The translations under genes and the position numbers were made by a program. The notes under the pieces were generated by a model. It had not been told where the DNA came from. It searched no databases and saw only the letters and a program-made list of their open reading frames with translations. Below, in pieces: positions 62,670 through 64,000 of a stretch of 64,000 nt of DNA (positions are counted from its first letter, which is position 1; each line of letters begins with the position of its first letter). The DNA lies in assembly GCF_009914755.1 (NCBI RefSeq), contig NC_060947.1; one strand, 5' to 3'. Origin of the DNA: the human T2T-CHM13v2.0 reference genome, Homo sapiens.

Positions 62670-62809
62670 CAAGCGTGTGCTATTCCAGAGTAAGCCAAGA
62701 TTCTGACTACAAACTTTATCCACTAGCTGATGAATAGAGTGGATATGTATTGCCATTCTAGAAGTCAAGCATCCGGCATTCAGCCTTTAACCAATGATCA
62801 AATTTAGCA

Positions 62810-62964
62810 TCATCAACAATGGGACAACTTATACCAGAGGCCTCCTGATGTATGATTTATTAAGAAATGCATTTCACCTAGGAAGTATTCTTACCAAGAA
62901 ATGTTAATTTTAAATCCAATTATGAGCAAACAGAAAGATCCAGAATGGAAGACATTGTGTAAGA
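62810..62964 (+). mobile_element. L1MC/ME 3'UTR fragment, interrupted by MER20
   Basis: CATCAACAATGGGACAA..GCCTCCTGATG..GAAGTATTCTTACCAA..GACATT, resuming as AACTGGCCTG after the MER20. Confidence 0.55.
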
Positions 62965-63208
62965 CAGTATTTCTCAACCTTGGCGCTATTGTCATGTGTG
63001 TCCAGATAATCCCTCGGGGGCAGGGGGAGTTGCCCTGTGCACTATAGCATGTTCAGCAGCATCCCTGGCCTCTACTTGCTAGATGCCAGTAGCACTACCC
63101 AGGAACAACAACCAACAATGTCTCTAGACATTGCCAAACATCCTCTGGGGACGAGGAGACACATTTGTCTCCCTCCCTCATGCCCTACATGTGGTTGAAA
63201 ACCACATT
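62965..63208 (-). mobile_element. MER20
   Basis: TTTCTCAACCTTGGCGCTATTG..AGCAGCATCCCTGGCCTCTAC..AGATGCCAGTAGCAC..GACATTGCCAAA..GGTTGAAAACCAC. Confidence 0.88.
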
Positions 63209-63644
63209 GTTAGAAAACTGGCCTGACCCTTCGATGTTTTACAGGCAACTAAACATAAAGGAGGTGGCGCAGGCAACTAAATATAAACGAGGCAGCACAA
63301 TTCTAGATAACATGCAATAACCAAATGCATGCTGGACACAAGACCAATAACCATTTCCTAAGTGTTGGCACTGCTCTTACTCACAGATGCCCTACTGTGC
63401 TCAGAACAGGGCTGCATCTTCATGCCCACACCAATCCCTGGGGTGGGGGTATCCCTAAAATGCAGAATTTCCATCTGCAGGTCTGCATTGCCTATGAGCT
63501 CCAAGCAGCTGCCCTCTCTGCTGTCTACAAGCCACACTGGGCCACAACTAGAGGAGGGGTTTTTTTTTTTCTTTTTTTTTTTAACATACATGTGTTAGGT
63601 TGTTGATTCACCTGCAATTAATATATTGTCAAAGCATTATTTGA

Positions 63645-63775
63645 GGCCTGGCATGGTGGCTCACGCCTGTAATCCCAGCACTTTAAGAGGCCAAGGCCAG
63701 AGGATTGCTTGAGCTCAGGAGTTCAAGACCAGCCTAGGCAACATAGTGAGACTGTCTCTACAAAAAAAAAAAAAA
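63645..63775 (+). mobile_element. Free left Alu monomer (FLAM_C-like)
   Basis: Single monomer with A-tail and TSD ATTATTTGA at 63636-63644 and 63776-63784. Confidence 0.9.
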
Positions 63776-64000
63776 ATTATTTGAGAATAAGGTGCCTAAC
63801 TACTTATGTGACTGACATATCTTTTCTGCTTTTGGGTAGAGGGGGAAGATGGGGATCACGTATTAGTATATTGTCTAAAGGAAGTAGGCCCCTATCATTA
63901 AACTCAAGATAAACTATAGTCATTTGTATGAGAATTTAAAGGTAGAATATTTGAGAAGTGTAATGAAATTATTGAAATAATTTCTATAACATGCCAAATT

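Overview
This window is primate (human-like) genomic DNA, not microbial. It is AT-rich, CpG-depleted and densely populated by interspersed repeats: Alus of several ages, L1PA/L1MB/L1MC/L1M fossils, L2, MIR, MaLR/ERVL/ERV1 LTR elements, MER20/MER5A/MER58/MER1B, a half MADE1 and a near full-length Tigger1. I find no intact protein-coding sequence; the ORF track is explained by repeats or chance. The only confidently recognised gene-derived feature is a full-length processed pseudogene of BRK1 (4400-5541, +) with a premature stop, 3'UTR, polyA signal and target-site duplication. Two non-repeat segments ending in strong 5' splice donors (about 11.3-11.8 kb and 47.4-47.5 kb) and a small CpG cluster at 32.3 kb suggest the window may be the upstream region plus long 5' intron(s) of a large + strand gene with alternative non-coding first exons. 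That is inference, and I cannot name the gene. Repeat subfamily names and most old-repeat boundaries come from recalled consensus sequences and are approximate. I do not see evidence for a new biological system; the findings are candidate regulatory elements, structural motifs and retrotransposition oddities.
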